The notes below the pieces were generated by a model, which was not told the DNA's origin, made no database searches, and was given only the letters and a program-made list of their open reading frames with translations. Positions 18,208 through 26,190 of a DNA stretch of 53,631 bases are shown piece after piece (position 1 is the first letter of the stretch; every line of letters starts with the position of its first letter). This DNA is from Candidatus Ancillula kalotermitis (GTDB taxonomy: Bacteria > Actinomycetota > Actinomycetes > Actinomycetales > Bifidobacteriaceae), in contig JAISRT010000041.1 in NCBI GenBank assembly GCA_031273495.1, positions 1 to 53,631 of the forward strand, in the 5' to 3' direction. The translations under genes and the position numbers were made by a program.

Positions 18208-19595
18208 TTATCCGTAGACTACTGCTTTCAATGCTTGCCTGCTTGCTGGGGTTCCTGTTATTCTTCACGCTCTACTCGAAGATGGGGACTGAAATTGGCA
18301 CGACTTTCTGGGTAGTTTTCTCAGTTTCCTGCGTGCTCATAATACTTTCGGCAGTGTTGCAATTCAAACTCCTACCGCGCTCGGATTCCTTGATTTTCCC
18401 AATAGTGATACTGCTCAATATTATAGGCCTTGCGCAGATAAACCGCATCGATTATTCTGAGGACCGCATCTGGGACGACTACACCTTCGCGATTACCTCG
18501 CAACTGGTGTTCTCGCTAGTTGGACTTGCACTGGCGCTAATACTCTGCATCGCGATTCGAGACCACCGCAAATTGCGTAGTTATATCTACACCTCAATGT
18601 TCTTGGGCATCATTTTCCTAGTCCTACCGCTCATCCCGGGGCTTGGGCTAGAAACTTACGGTGCGACTGTCTGGATTAAGCTCGGACCATTTTCCGCACA
18701 GCCCGCAGAGTTCGCCAAATTGTTTTTGATACTCTTTTTCGCAGGGTACTTGACAATTAACCGTGAGCGCCTACAGTCCGCCGGGAAAAAGGTGCTCGGG
18801 ATAAGTTTCCCACGCCTTCAAGATCTGGGTCCAATCATCGTCATCTGGATAGTGTCTCTCGTTGTCCTTATTTTCCAGCATGATTTGGGGACATCACTGC
18901 TTTTCTTCGGGCTCTTCATCGCAATTCTCTACACCGCCACGGGCAAGTCGTCATGGGCGATCCTCGGACTGTTAATGTTTGCGGCAGGGGCATCTTTCGT
19001 AATGAACTTCTTTTCCCACGCACAAGCCCGCCTACAAATCTGGCAGGACCCGTTCAATCCAGAGTTCTACGACAGGGCATACAATGGTTCAAGGCAAGTT
19101 GTCCAGGGGTTTTTTGCGTTAGCATCAGGATCACTTTTTGGCACTGGTATAGGGCAGGGCTACCCAGGCTTGACACCTTTCTCTAACTCTGACTTCATTT
19201 ACACCTCTTTGGGGGAGGAGTTTGGGCTTACTGGGCTGCTCGCAATCCTTGTGCTATACTTATTGTTAATTGAGCGGTGTTTCTCAATCGCATTGCGCAC
19301 GACTGACAAATTCGGCAAGTTAATCGCTTGCGGTGTGGGCTTTTCAATCTCGATACAGATTTTCGTGGTCATCGGTGGTATCACTGGGTTAATCCCCATC
19401 ACTGGGCTGACACTCCCATTCATCTCGAAGGGTGGCTCTTCGTTAATCGCGAACTACTGTCTAATCGCACTGTTGCTAATCGTTTCAAATGGCACTAGAC
19501 TCAAGGAGGAAACTGTGGTAGGCATCCAAAATGCACCTGAACCTGCTATACTAGTGGAAGATAGCACAAGACAGGGGTTATCGCATGGGAAATAG
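18204..19595 (+). CDS. rodA: SEDS-family peptidoglycan polymerase (RodA/FtsW)
   Basis: 463 aa, polytopic. SEDS-like segments (PAEFAKLFLILFFAGYL, SDFIYTSLGEEFGLTG, PFISKGGSS). Confidence 0.85.
   Translation: MIIRRLLLSMLACLLGFLLFFTLYSKMGTEIGTTFWVVFSVSCVLIILSAVLQFKLLPRSDSLIFPIVILLNIIGLAQINRIDYSEDRIWDDYTFAITSQLVFSLVGLALALILCIAIRDHRKLRSYIYTSMFLGIIFLVLPLIPGLGLETYGATVWIKLGPFSAQPAEFAKLFLILFFAGYLTINRERLQSAGKKVLGISFPRLQDLGPIIVIWIVSLVVLIFQHDLGTSLLFFGLFIAILYTATGKSSWAILGLLMFAAGASFVMNFFSHAQARLQIWQDPFNPEFYDRAYNGSRQVVQGFFALASGSLFGTGIGQGYPGLTPFSNSDFIYTSLGEEFGLTGLLAILVLYLLLIERCFSIALRTTDKFGKLIACGVGFSISIQIFVVIGGITGLIPITGLTLPFISKGGSSLIANYCLIALLLIVSNGTRLKEETVVGIQNAPEPAILVEDSTRQGLSHGK
19544..19552 (+). promoter_or_regulatory. 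Extended -10 box TGCTATACT inside the rodA 3' end (candidate internal promoter for pbpA)
   Basis: Spacer AGTGGA is identical to the tmk spacer. The predicted TSS (~19559) is 26 nt before ATG 19585, with AGGGG in between. Confidence 0.45.
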
Positions 19596-21087
19596 TATGA
19601 GCAAGGAAATAAAACTCCTTTCAATTTTTTGTGTGTCGCTGATTATAATCCTTATGCTGAGCACGACAATCATACAATTCTTCAGAGCGGACGAGTATGC
19701 TAAAAATGACTGGAATATGAGGAGCACTTACAAAGAGTTTGGTGTCGAACGCGGTAGCATTTTGGTGCAGAACGGCAATAGTCTCAAAGAAGTGGCTAAA
19801 TCAGTGCCAGTAGACGACGCATACAAGTTTCAGCGTGTGTATTCCGACACTAATTACAGCCCTGTGACTGGGTATTTCTCGATTATCAATAAGAGTGACC
19901 GCGGTATAGAATATGCACTGGATGACGAGCTGAGTGGGAATATTGACGAGCTGGCAATCACGAATTTGGTCGACTTGGCAACTGGGAAGACTACGCGGGG
20001 TGCAGATGTAGTGTTGACGCTAGATGACAAGCTACAGGCGGCAGCGATGCAAGGGCTGAAGGACTCTGGGTTTAAGGGTGCGGTCGTGGCAGTCGAGCCT
20101 TCCACGGGTAAAATACTCTCACTAGCGAGCTACCCGAACGCCGATTACTCTAACTTCGCGAGTCACAACGCCGCAACAGCTTCAGAAGCCTACACACAAA
20201 CTGTTAACGACTCGGACGCGCCGATGATCAACCGGGCAACGGACTCACTTCTTCCGCCGGGGTCGACCTTCAAAATTATGACTACTACTGCAGCACTAGA
20301 AACCGGTGAGTACACGCCTGACACATCAGTAGAGTCACCGTTGACGTATATTTTGCCGAACACTGCGACTTACCTACCGAATTACGCTGGCGGGAATTGT
20401 AGTGCCTCAAATGGTGTTGAAACGCTAAGCAGGGCACTCCAAATGAGCTGCAACACAACATTTGCTATACTAGGGAATAAGTTGGGCTCCACCAAGATGA
20501 AGAAGCAGGCCGATCAATTCGCAATCGGTGACGCGTTGTCTATTGCTGACGGGCAAAAAGGTGGCAGTTTTAGCGTCGTGAAGTCAGTGTTCCCCGAAAA
20601 TGCGGCCCCAGATCGGTTGGCAATGGACGCGATTGGGCAGGCCGAAGTCAAGATTACGCCACTGCAAGACTGCTTACTCTCGGCGGCAGTGGCGAACAAC
20701 GGCAAGATTATGAAGCCGTATCTCGTGGACCGCATTCAACAGCAGGATGCAACTATATTGCGCAAAACATCGCCTACAGTCCTCAAGACCGCTATGTCCG
20801 AGAAGTCTAGCCAGTATCTGCGTGATATGATGAGTAAGGTTGTATCTCAAGGAACCGCGTCAAGTGCCCGAATTTCAGGGGTGCAGGTGGCAGGCAAGAC
20901 TGGAACTGCTGAAAACGCTTCGGACATGCTTCCACACTCATGGTTCACTGGATTTGCGCCGTCGGACAGTGATACTTCTGCCAAAATTGCGATTAGCGTA
21001 GTGCTCGAGAATGCTGCGAATAATTCGAACCCCGCAACAGTCCTAGCGCAGAAACTGCTGAAAACCTACTTGACGGAGCATGCATGA
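19585..21087 (+). CDS. pbpA: Class B penicillin-binding protein (transpeptidase, PbpA-like)
   Basis: 500 aa with an N-terminal TM helix and motifs STFK, SCN and KTGT. ATG 19597 is an alternative start. Confidence 0.85.
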   Translation: MGNSMSKEIKLLSIFCVSLIIILMLSTTIIQFFRADEYAKNDWNMRSTYKEFGVERGSILVQNGNSLKEVAKSVPVDDAYKFQRVYSDTNYSPVTGYFSIINKSDRGIEYALDDELSGNIDELAITNLVDLATGKTTRGADVVLTLDDKLQAAAMQGLKDSGFKGAVVAVEPSTGKILSLASYPNADYSNFASHNAATASEAYTQTVNDSDAPMINRATDSLLPPGSTFKIMTTTAALETGEYTPDTSVESPLTYILPNTATYLPNYAGGNCSASNGVETLSRALQMSCNTTFAILGNKLGSTKMKKQADQFAIGDALSIADGQKGGSFSVVKSVFPENAAPDRLAMDAIGQAEVKITPLQDCLLSAAVANNGKIMKPYLVDRIQQQDATILRKTSPTVLKTAMSEKSSQYLRDMMSKVVSQGTASSARISGVQVAGKTGTAENASDMLPHSWFTGFAPSDSDTSAKIAISVVLENAANNSNPATVLAQKLLKTYLTEHA

Positions 21088-22190
21088 AGTTAAGTTCTGG
21101 GTCAGTAATCAACAATAGGTACACTTTGAGCACCGTGATAGGCAAAGGTGGTATGTCAGAGGTGTGGGAGGCAAAAGACGGCATATTGGGGCGCACGGTT
21201 GCTGTGAAAGTCTTCCGCAGGGAGTCAGCAGGAAATGATGACGCGCTCCAGAGGCTAAGGCTCGAGGCTAAGAACAATGCTATGCTTAACCATGAGAACA
21301 TTGTGCAGCTTCATGACTATTATGAGGACGGTTCGACTGGATATATAATTATGGAACTCGTCAATGGGCACTCACTAGGTGAACTCTTGCAGAAAAACCG
21401 CATTATGAAGCTGGAAAACCTACTACCGATCCTAGTGCAAGTGGCGCGTGCTCTTGAATATGCACACAACAAAGGTGTTATACATCGCGATATTAAGCCA
21501 GGCAACATTTTGATACGTGCTGACGGCGTCGCGAAGATTACCGATTTCGGGGTGTCGAAGGCGTTTAACCAGGTTAATATGACCGCGAAGGGCATGGTGG
21601 TGGGGACTGCGCAATATTTGAGCCCTGAGCAGGCTATGGGGGACGGCGCGTCGGGGGCCTCCGACCTCTACGCACTTGGGGTAATTGCATACGAAGCATC
21701 GCAGGGAAAACGCCCGTTCAATGGCAAGAATGCTGTAGAGATTGCGCTGAGCCAGGTTAATGACAAAGTGCCTCCGATTAGTGCGCGCACTGACCCAGAG
21801 TTCGCTTCAATTGTGCTTGACCTGCTCGAAAAAGACCCCTTAAAACGTGAGGTCTCAGGGGAGGCTGTCGCGGTGCGTTTTGCCAACGTGTTGTCGCGGT
21901 TGACTACGCCCGCACAGAACCCGCCTAGAAACCCCTCTACTACTTCATCTTTACCTGAGAGTGCACGCACGGGGTCCGCGCCAAAGCACCAACTTGCCCG
22001 CGTTCGGTCTAGTCCACATAATGCCAGGGCAGTGCGCCGCGTTTCGAATTCAGGTGCTCCAAAGAAGTCAGTCACCCCCGCGAAGCCTATGAGAAGGAAG
22101 CGCCTCGATGGAGCGTCGAAGTTCGCGATGTTAATTATACTCCTGCTCCTCATACTACTCGTCATCATTCTGTTCAACATATTCTTTTAG
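21084..22190 (+). CDS. pknB: Hanks-type Ser/Thr protein kinase, tail-anchored, no PASTA domains
   Basis: 368 aa with GKGGMSEVW, VAVK, HRDIKPGNIL and DFGVSK. A Pro/Ser/Arg linker is followed by a TM helix as the final ~22 residues. Confidence 0.85.
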   Translation: MKLSSGSVINNRYTLSTVIGKGGMSEVWEAKDGILGRTVAVKVFRRESAGNDDALQRLRLEAKNNAMLNHENIVQLHDYYEDGSTGYIIMELVNGHSLGELLQKNRIMKLENLLPILVQVARALEYAHNKGVIHRDIKPGNILIRADGVAKITDFGVSKAFNQVNMTAKGMVVGTAQYLSPEQAMGDGASGASDLYALGVIAYEASQGKRPFNGKNAVEIALSQVNDKVPPISARTDPEFASIVLDLLEKDPLKREVSGEAVAVRFANVLSRLTTPAQNPPRNPSTTSSLPESARTGSAPKHQLARVRSSPHNARAVRRVSNSGAPKKSVTPAKPMRRKRLDGASKFAMLIILLLLILLVIILFNIFF

Positions 22191-22225
22191 ATTTAATGCC
22201 AGTGACTTAACATTTGGAAATAATG

Positions 22226-22234
22226 TGCTACACT
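22226..22234 (+). promoter_or_regulatory. Extended -10 box TGCTACACT for the ABC-permease-PadR operon
   Basis: The predicted TSS (~22241) lies in the first palindromic operator. The 5' UTR is 334 nt, of which 232 nt is a repeat array. Confidence 0.6.
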
Positions 22235-22239
22235 AGTGG

Positions 22240-22289
22240 TATACACCGAGTGTATAGTGGTGGCACTGTGTCTATTCACTCAGTGTATA
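22240..22289 (+). promoter_or_regulatory. Two tandem palindromic operator candidates (TATACAC-N3-GTGTATA; TATTCAC-N3-GTGTATA)
   Basis: 22240-22256 is a perfect 7+3+7 palindrome and 22273-22289 has one mismatch. Centres are 33 bp apart. The first overlaps the predicted TSS. Candidate PadR sites. Confidence 0.5.
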
Positions 22290-22314
22290 GTCGGGCGGTC
22301 ACACAGGAAAAGGG

Positions 22315-22546
22315 TACTTGTGTCATCTTTGGCTTTATGCCGAAGATCCATAATGGTATGACAGTACGCGTGGATCCTCGGGACAAGCCCAAGGATGACA
22401 TGGGACAGACAAGCCCAAGGATGACATGGGACAGACAAGCCCGCGCCTGCCCTTGGCTTTATGCCGAGGGATGACATGGGACAGACAAGCCCAAGGATGA
22501 CATGGGACAGACAAGCCCAGGGGATGACAGTAGTGTGTGCGCCAAA
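22315..22546. repeat. Repeat cluster C inside the ABC operon 5' UTR
   Basis: Contains hairpin ATCTTTGGC-TTTAT-GCCGAAGAT (22325-22347), 26-bp units GACAAGCCCAAGGATGACATGGGACA (x4) and one long module with CCCTTGGCTTTATGCCGAGGG. Flanked by GCGGTCACACA(G/A)GAAA(A)GGG at 22295 and 22547. Confidence 0.9.
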
Positions 22547-22574
22547 GCGGTCACACAAGAAAGGGAGACGGAAT

Positions 22575-23267
22575 ATGATGGACAAGTACATAATCAAGGC
22601 AGGTGCGCTAGTGAAAGCGTTCGGCGACAAGAAGAATGGCGAGTTAACTTACGCATTGAATGGCGCGAATCTCGGGGTGTATGAGGGCGAGATTCTAGCG
22701 ATTATGGGTCCCAGCGGCTCGGGCAAGTCGACGCTGCTGTATGCACTGACTGGTATTATTGGCATCAACAGCGGGCGCATCGAGATTGACGGGCAGGACA
22801 TCTTGAAAATTAAGGACTCGGAGTTGACTGCGCTGCGTCGCACTAAATTCGGGTTTGTCTTCCAGTTCAATAAACTAGTCCCGGAGCTGACTGCGCTTGA
22901 TAATGTCGCACTGCCACTCCTGCTAAACGGTGTGAAACGCAAACATGCCTACGAAGAGGCCGAAAATTGGTTGGAGCGGGTTGGTATGAAGGACTTCGCT
23001 AACAAGTCTGCAACTGTACTCTCTGGTGGGCAACAGCAGCGGGTGGCAATCGCTAGGGCACTTGTAATAAAGCCGAAGATTGTGTTCGCCGACGAGCCGA
23101 CTGGTGCTCTGGACGCTATGAACTCCGAAAATGTTATGCGCCTATTCGTGACGATCGCCAAGCAAACGGGCACTACAGTGGTACTTGTGACCCATGAGCC
23201 AAGCATTGCGGCGTATGCTGATCGTGAAGTCATAGTGCGGGACGGGAAGGTGCTGAGTAATGTATAG
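22575..23267 (+). CDS. ABC transporter ATP-binding protein (MacB/LolD/FtsE-like)
   Basis: Walker A GPSGSGKST, signature LSGGQQQRV, Walker B VFADEPT. The tracked ORF (22461) starts inside a repeat array. ATG 22575 has a GGGAG SD 6 nt upstream. Confidence 0.85.
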   Translation: MMDKYIIKAGALVKAFGDKKNGELTYALNGANLGVYEGEILAIMGPSGSGKSTLLYALTGIIGINSGRIEIDGQDILKIKDSELTALRRTKFGFVFQFNKLVPELTALDNVALPLLLNGVKRKHAYEEAENWLERVGMKDFANKSATVLSGGQQQRVAIARALVIKPKIVFADEPTGALDAMNSENVMRLFVTIAKQTGTTVVLVTHEPSIAAYADREVIVRDGKVLSNV

Positions 23268-25191
23268 TCGACTGCTACTTAAATTCATCAAGTCAAATAA
23301 AGCGCGGTTCAGCTTAATCACTCTGGCTGTCAGTGTTGCTATAGTTTGCGTCCTACTGATACTCAGCGGCATTAACGCGGTCCTATTGAAACAGGAGCGG
23401 GACAACTGGGCTATATTTCAGGCTTCAACGCTCGACGAAGCGAACTACACAAGGCTCGCTGAGGTCTGGGAGAACTATGATGTCAATGTGGCTAAGGGCA
23501 CACGTCCAGGCGATTGCTCAGTGACCCCAAAAGGCATTCAAGTGTTTTTGATACGCGGGCAAGGCGACTCTACTGGTTTCCCGTGGGTCAAGACGCCCGA
23601 AAAGGGTGAGTTCTACTTGTCTGAACGCTTGTCCGAAATCTGGGAGAGTTATAAGCGCGGCGAAGAGTTAGGACCGAGGTTTGACGACATCTTCTCAAGG
23701 CTAGGGGAGCGATATTTAGGGGTTTTGCCCAAGGAAATGACGCCGTCTCCGGACACTTTAATGGTGGTGAGATACTATTCTGATGAGGATGAAGTAAGGC
23801 TGATCAAGGCGAAGAAGGATATGGATGCGTGGAACACTGGTGAGGTGGACTTTTGCAGTAAAGAGGCACATCTGCTTACACTAGAAAGTGACCCTGGCAA
23901 TGATAAATACACCAACCCGCAGTTTGACACTAACTTGGCACAAGAGCTACACCCGCGGATGAATATCTTTATGACGCTATTCGAGCTGATCGCCATCATT
24001 GGACTGCTCTTTCCGATATGCCTATTGATCTCGATTTCCACTGGACTCGGTGCAAAACAAAAGGAGCAGAGATTTGCAGCGATGCGATTAATTGGCGCGA
24101 CTAAGGGGCAGATTTCACGGCTTATGGGTATAGAAACCGCAGTTTCAACGGTCATCGGTATCATTCTGGGGTATTTGGCGTTCAATATTTTACGGACACC
24201 TGTAGCACAGAACTTCACCCTAAATGGGACGCATTTCTATCAGGATGACCTAAATTACTCGCCCTGGCAGCTGGCACTGAGTATAGTTACGACAGTGGCA
24301 TTGGCAATAATAGTCAACGCACGCAGTTTCAGTAAGGTCAATATCTCCCCGCTTGGTGTAGTTTCTGGGGCAAAAGTAAACACGAACCCGAGATTTCTAG
24401 GGCTGTTCGTATTGCTCGCTGGCGTAGGCATTACGGCTTATTTGCTCGCATCCACTCAGTATAACACAGAGCGTTCAGTCGAAGAATCATCGGCAACATT
24501 GAACATCTTCTTCGTTGGCTTCATTCTGACGCTTCTGGGGCTGTTGCTGTGCGGTTCTTGGGTGATTTACGCAGTGTCTAGGCGTCTTTCGTCAAGGGCA
24601 AACTCCGCACTGGGGATGTTGTCGTTCAAGCGCTGGGAGTTTATGCCACGGGTAGTTTTCCGCAGTTGTGCAGGTGTGATAGTGTGTATGTATATTGGGT
24701 CATTCGTCTACACTTTGGCAGGTGTATATAATGCGTTCGCCGAGCAGCAAGGCAATTTGCTGGACATTAACAATCCATTCAAGGAGATAGTCAGCATCGG
24801 CACAGTGTTTCTGGTCATCACAGTAATTATCGCTACTATTGGGCTGTCTGTTTCCACTGCTAACGGACTGCTTGAGCGTAAAGAATCGTTTGCCACACTG
24901 CACCTCTCGGGCGTTTCACTACGGCAACTTCGCGCCCTGGTGTTGATTGAGTCGGTAGTCCCGATGGTCTTTTCGGTTCTGATAAGTGCGGCACTAGGGT
25001 ATTTTATGGCGAACACCATGCTAATTGCGAGCGCTAATTCGGATGACGCAATGGGTGGTATTATTTGGCGACTTGACACAAACCTGATTATAGCTACTCT
25101 CGGATGCGCACTGTTGTCGGCATTAGCAGTGCTACTTGTGTCGGTTTCACTCAGGAAAATCGTTGACCCACTGAGCAGCAGGAAGGAGTAG
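23260..25191 (+). CDS. FtsX-family ABC permease
   Basis: 643 aa. N-terminal TM helix, large extracytoplasmic domain, then multiple TM helices in two blocks. Overlaps the ATPase gene. Confidence 0.75.
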   Translation: MYSRLLLKFIKSNKARFSLITLAVSVAIVCVLLILSGINAVLLKQERDNWAIFQASTLDEANYTRLAEVWENYDVNVAKGTRPGDCSVTPKGIQVFLIRGQGDSTGFPWVKTPEKGEFYLSERLSEIWESYKRGEELGPRFDDIFSRLGERYLGVLPKEMTPSPDTLMVVRYYSDEDEVRLIKAKKDMDAWNTGEVDFCSKEAHLLTLESDPGNDKYTNPQFDTNLAQELHPRMNIFMTLFELIAIIGLLFPICLLISISTGLGAKQKEQRFAAMRLIGATKGQISRLMGIETAVSTVIGIILGYLAFNILRTPVAQNFTLNGTHFYQDDLNYSPWQLALSIVTTVALAIIVNARSFSKVNISPLGVVSGAKVNTNPRFLGLFVLLAGVGITAYLLASTQYNTERSVEESSATLNIFFVGFILTLLGLLLCGSWVIYAVSRRLSSRANSALGMLSFKRWEFMPRVVFRSCAGVIVCMYIGSFVYTLAGVYNAFAEQQGNLLDINNPFKEIVSIGTVFLVITVIIATIGLSVSTANGLLERKESFATLHLSGVSLRQLRALVLIESVVPMVFSVLISAALGYFMANTMLIASANSDDAMGGIIWRLDTNLIIATLGCALLSALAVLLVSVSLRKIVDPLSSRKE

Positions 25192-25192
25192 T

Positions 25193-25786
25193 ATGAGCAC
25201 TAGAGAAGCACTTTTGGGCATAATATCGCTTGAGCCGAGTTATGGCTATGAACTGAAGCAGAAATATGACCACCTCTTCGGTCAGAGTAAACCAATACTC
25301 TTCGGTCAAGTCTACTCAACAATTGCGCGGTTTCTACGCGATGGGCTGATTGAAGAGTGTCCGACTGACGGCTCGCAGGACAAGTCGGTGCGGGCATCAA
25401 AAAACGTCGGCGCTAAAAAACGCACACTAGAAACGGTCGGGACCACGAGAGAGGGGCCAGACAAGAAACAGTATAGCATAACGAGTGCTGGGCACGCAGA
25501 AATCGAGAAGTGGCTGCACACGCCCGAAGAACCAGTGCCCAACCTGCAGTTCACGCTGTATATGAAGTCGATGTTGAGCATCCTTAAAGGCGAGGACCCC
25601 AAGAAGTATTTGGACCTACAGAGAGGTAAGCATATCCAGAAAATGAGGGAATTGACGCATATGAAGTTGCAGGCGGTCGAGTCAAGTCACAGAGAAAACG
25701 CAATGCTTATAGACTATGCAATATTTCACCTTGAGGCCGACTTGAAGTGGATCGAAAAAGCGGTTCTGACTTTTCAAAAGGTGTGA
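25193..25786 (+). CDS. PadR-family transcriptional regulator
   Basis: 197 aa. N-terminal winged-helix LGIISLEPSYGYELKQ...GQVYSTIARFLRDGLIEE is PadR-like. Starts 2 nt after the permease stop. Confidence 0.75.
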   Translation: MSTREALLGIISLEPSYGYELKQKYDHLFGQSKPILFGQVYSTIARFLRDGLIEECPTDGSQDKSVRASKNVGAKKRTLETVGTTREGPDKKQYSITSAGHAEIEKWLHTPEEPVPNLQFTLYMKSMLSILKGEDPKKYLDLQRGKHIQKMRELTHMKLQAVESSHRENAMLIDYAIFHLEADLKWIEKAVLTFQKV

Positions 25787-25789
25787 TTG

Positions 25790-25895
25790 TGTCATTCTTG
25801 GGCTTGTCCGTCCCATGTCATTCTTGGGCTTGTCCGTCCCATGTCATTCTTGGGCTTGTCCGTCCCATGTCATTCTTGGGCTTGTCCCGAGAATC
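25790..25895. repeat. Repeat cluster D part 1: 26-bp tandem repeat x4 ending in the terminal hairpin
   Basis: TGTCATTCTTGGGCTTGTCCGTCCCA starts at 25790, 25816, 25842 and 25868. Hairpin ATTCTTGGG-CTTGT-CCCGAGAAT at 25872-25894. Confidence 0.95.
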
Positions 25896-25900
25896 CAGTT

Positions 25901-26170
25901 GGTGTCGCTTACTTATGGGTCCTCGGCATAAAGCCAAGGATGACAATAGGGGTGGTGTCGCTTACTTATGGATCCTCGGCATAAAGCCAAGGATGACAAT
26001 AGGGGTGGTGTCGCTTACGTATGGATCCTCGGCATAAAGCCAAGGATGACAATAGGGTTGGTGTCGCTTACTTATGGATCCTCGGCATAAAGCCAAGGAT
26101 GACAATAAGGGTGGTGTACAAGGATGACAATAAGGGTGGTGTCCAAGGATGACAGTAGTAGTGGGAACGA
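25901..26170. repeat. Repeat cluster D part 2: 53-bp tandem repeat x4 plus degenerate short units
   Basis: GGTGTCGCTTACTTATGGATCCTCGGCATAAAGCCAAGGATGACAATAGGGGT starts at 25901, 25954, 26007 and 26060. Two truncated units follow, to ~26170. Confidence 0.95.
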
Positions 26171-26190
26171 CGCACTAGGATGACAAGCAA

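Noticed and set aside
19252-19260. Treating every TGCTAYAMT copy as a promoter. Internal copies are at 19252, 20463 and 29250 in sense, and at 5868, 2133-2141 and 25470-25478 in antisense.
   Set aside because: These lie deep inside coding regions, with no start codon or gene at the right distance. Some arise from the same codon strings (GCT ATA CT; TAT AGC A). They may be chance or cryptic promoters and are not annotated as features.
22241-22474. A leaderless ORF starting at ATA 22241, open to 22474, by analogy with priA and GT2.
   Set aside because: The frame runs through operator palindromes and the repeat array and shows no protein-like sequence. The real first gene of the operon has its own SD and ATG at 22575.
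22214-22630. Tracked ORFs lying in the repeat clusters: 22214-22474 and 22280-22630, plus 25747-26037, 25787-25984, 33523-33732, 33695-33916, 52709-52975, 52755-52946, 53022-53282, 53176-53385 and 53276-53467.
   Set aside because: Their 'proteins' are just translated repeat modules (HVILGLV, PRHKAKG, LGIKPRA motifs in several frames and on both strands). They have no SD. They owe their length to the GC-rich, stop-poor repeats.
25790-26112. Possible CRISPR array. The same question applies to the regular short repeats at 103-244, 22382-22540 and 52703-52849.
   Set aside because: The units abut directly, with periods of 25, 26, 49 or 53 bp, and have no unique spacers of uniform length. The units are shared between loci as modules. 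No cas genes or leader are present. These are tandem REP/BIME-like arrays, not CRISPR.
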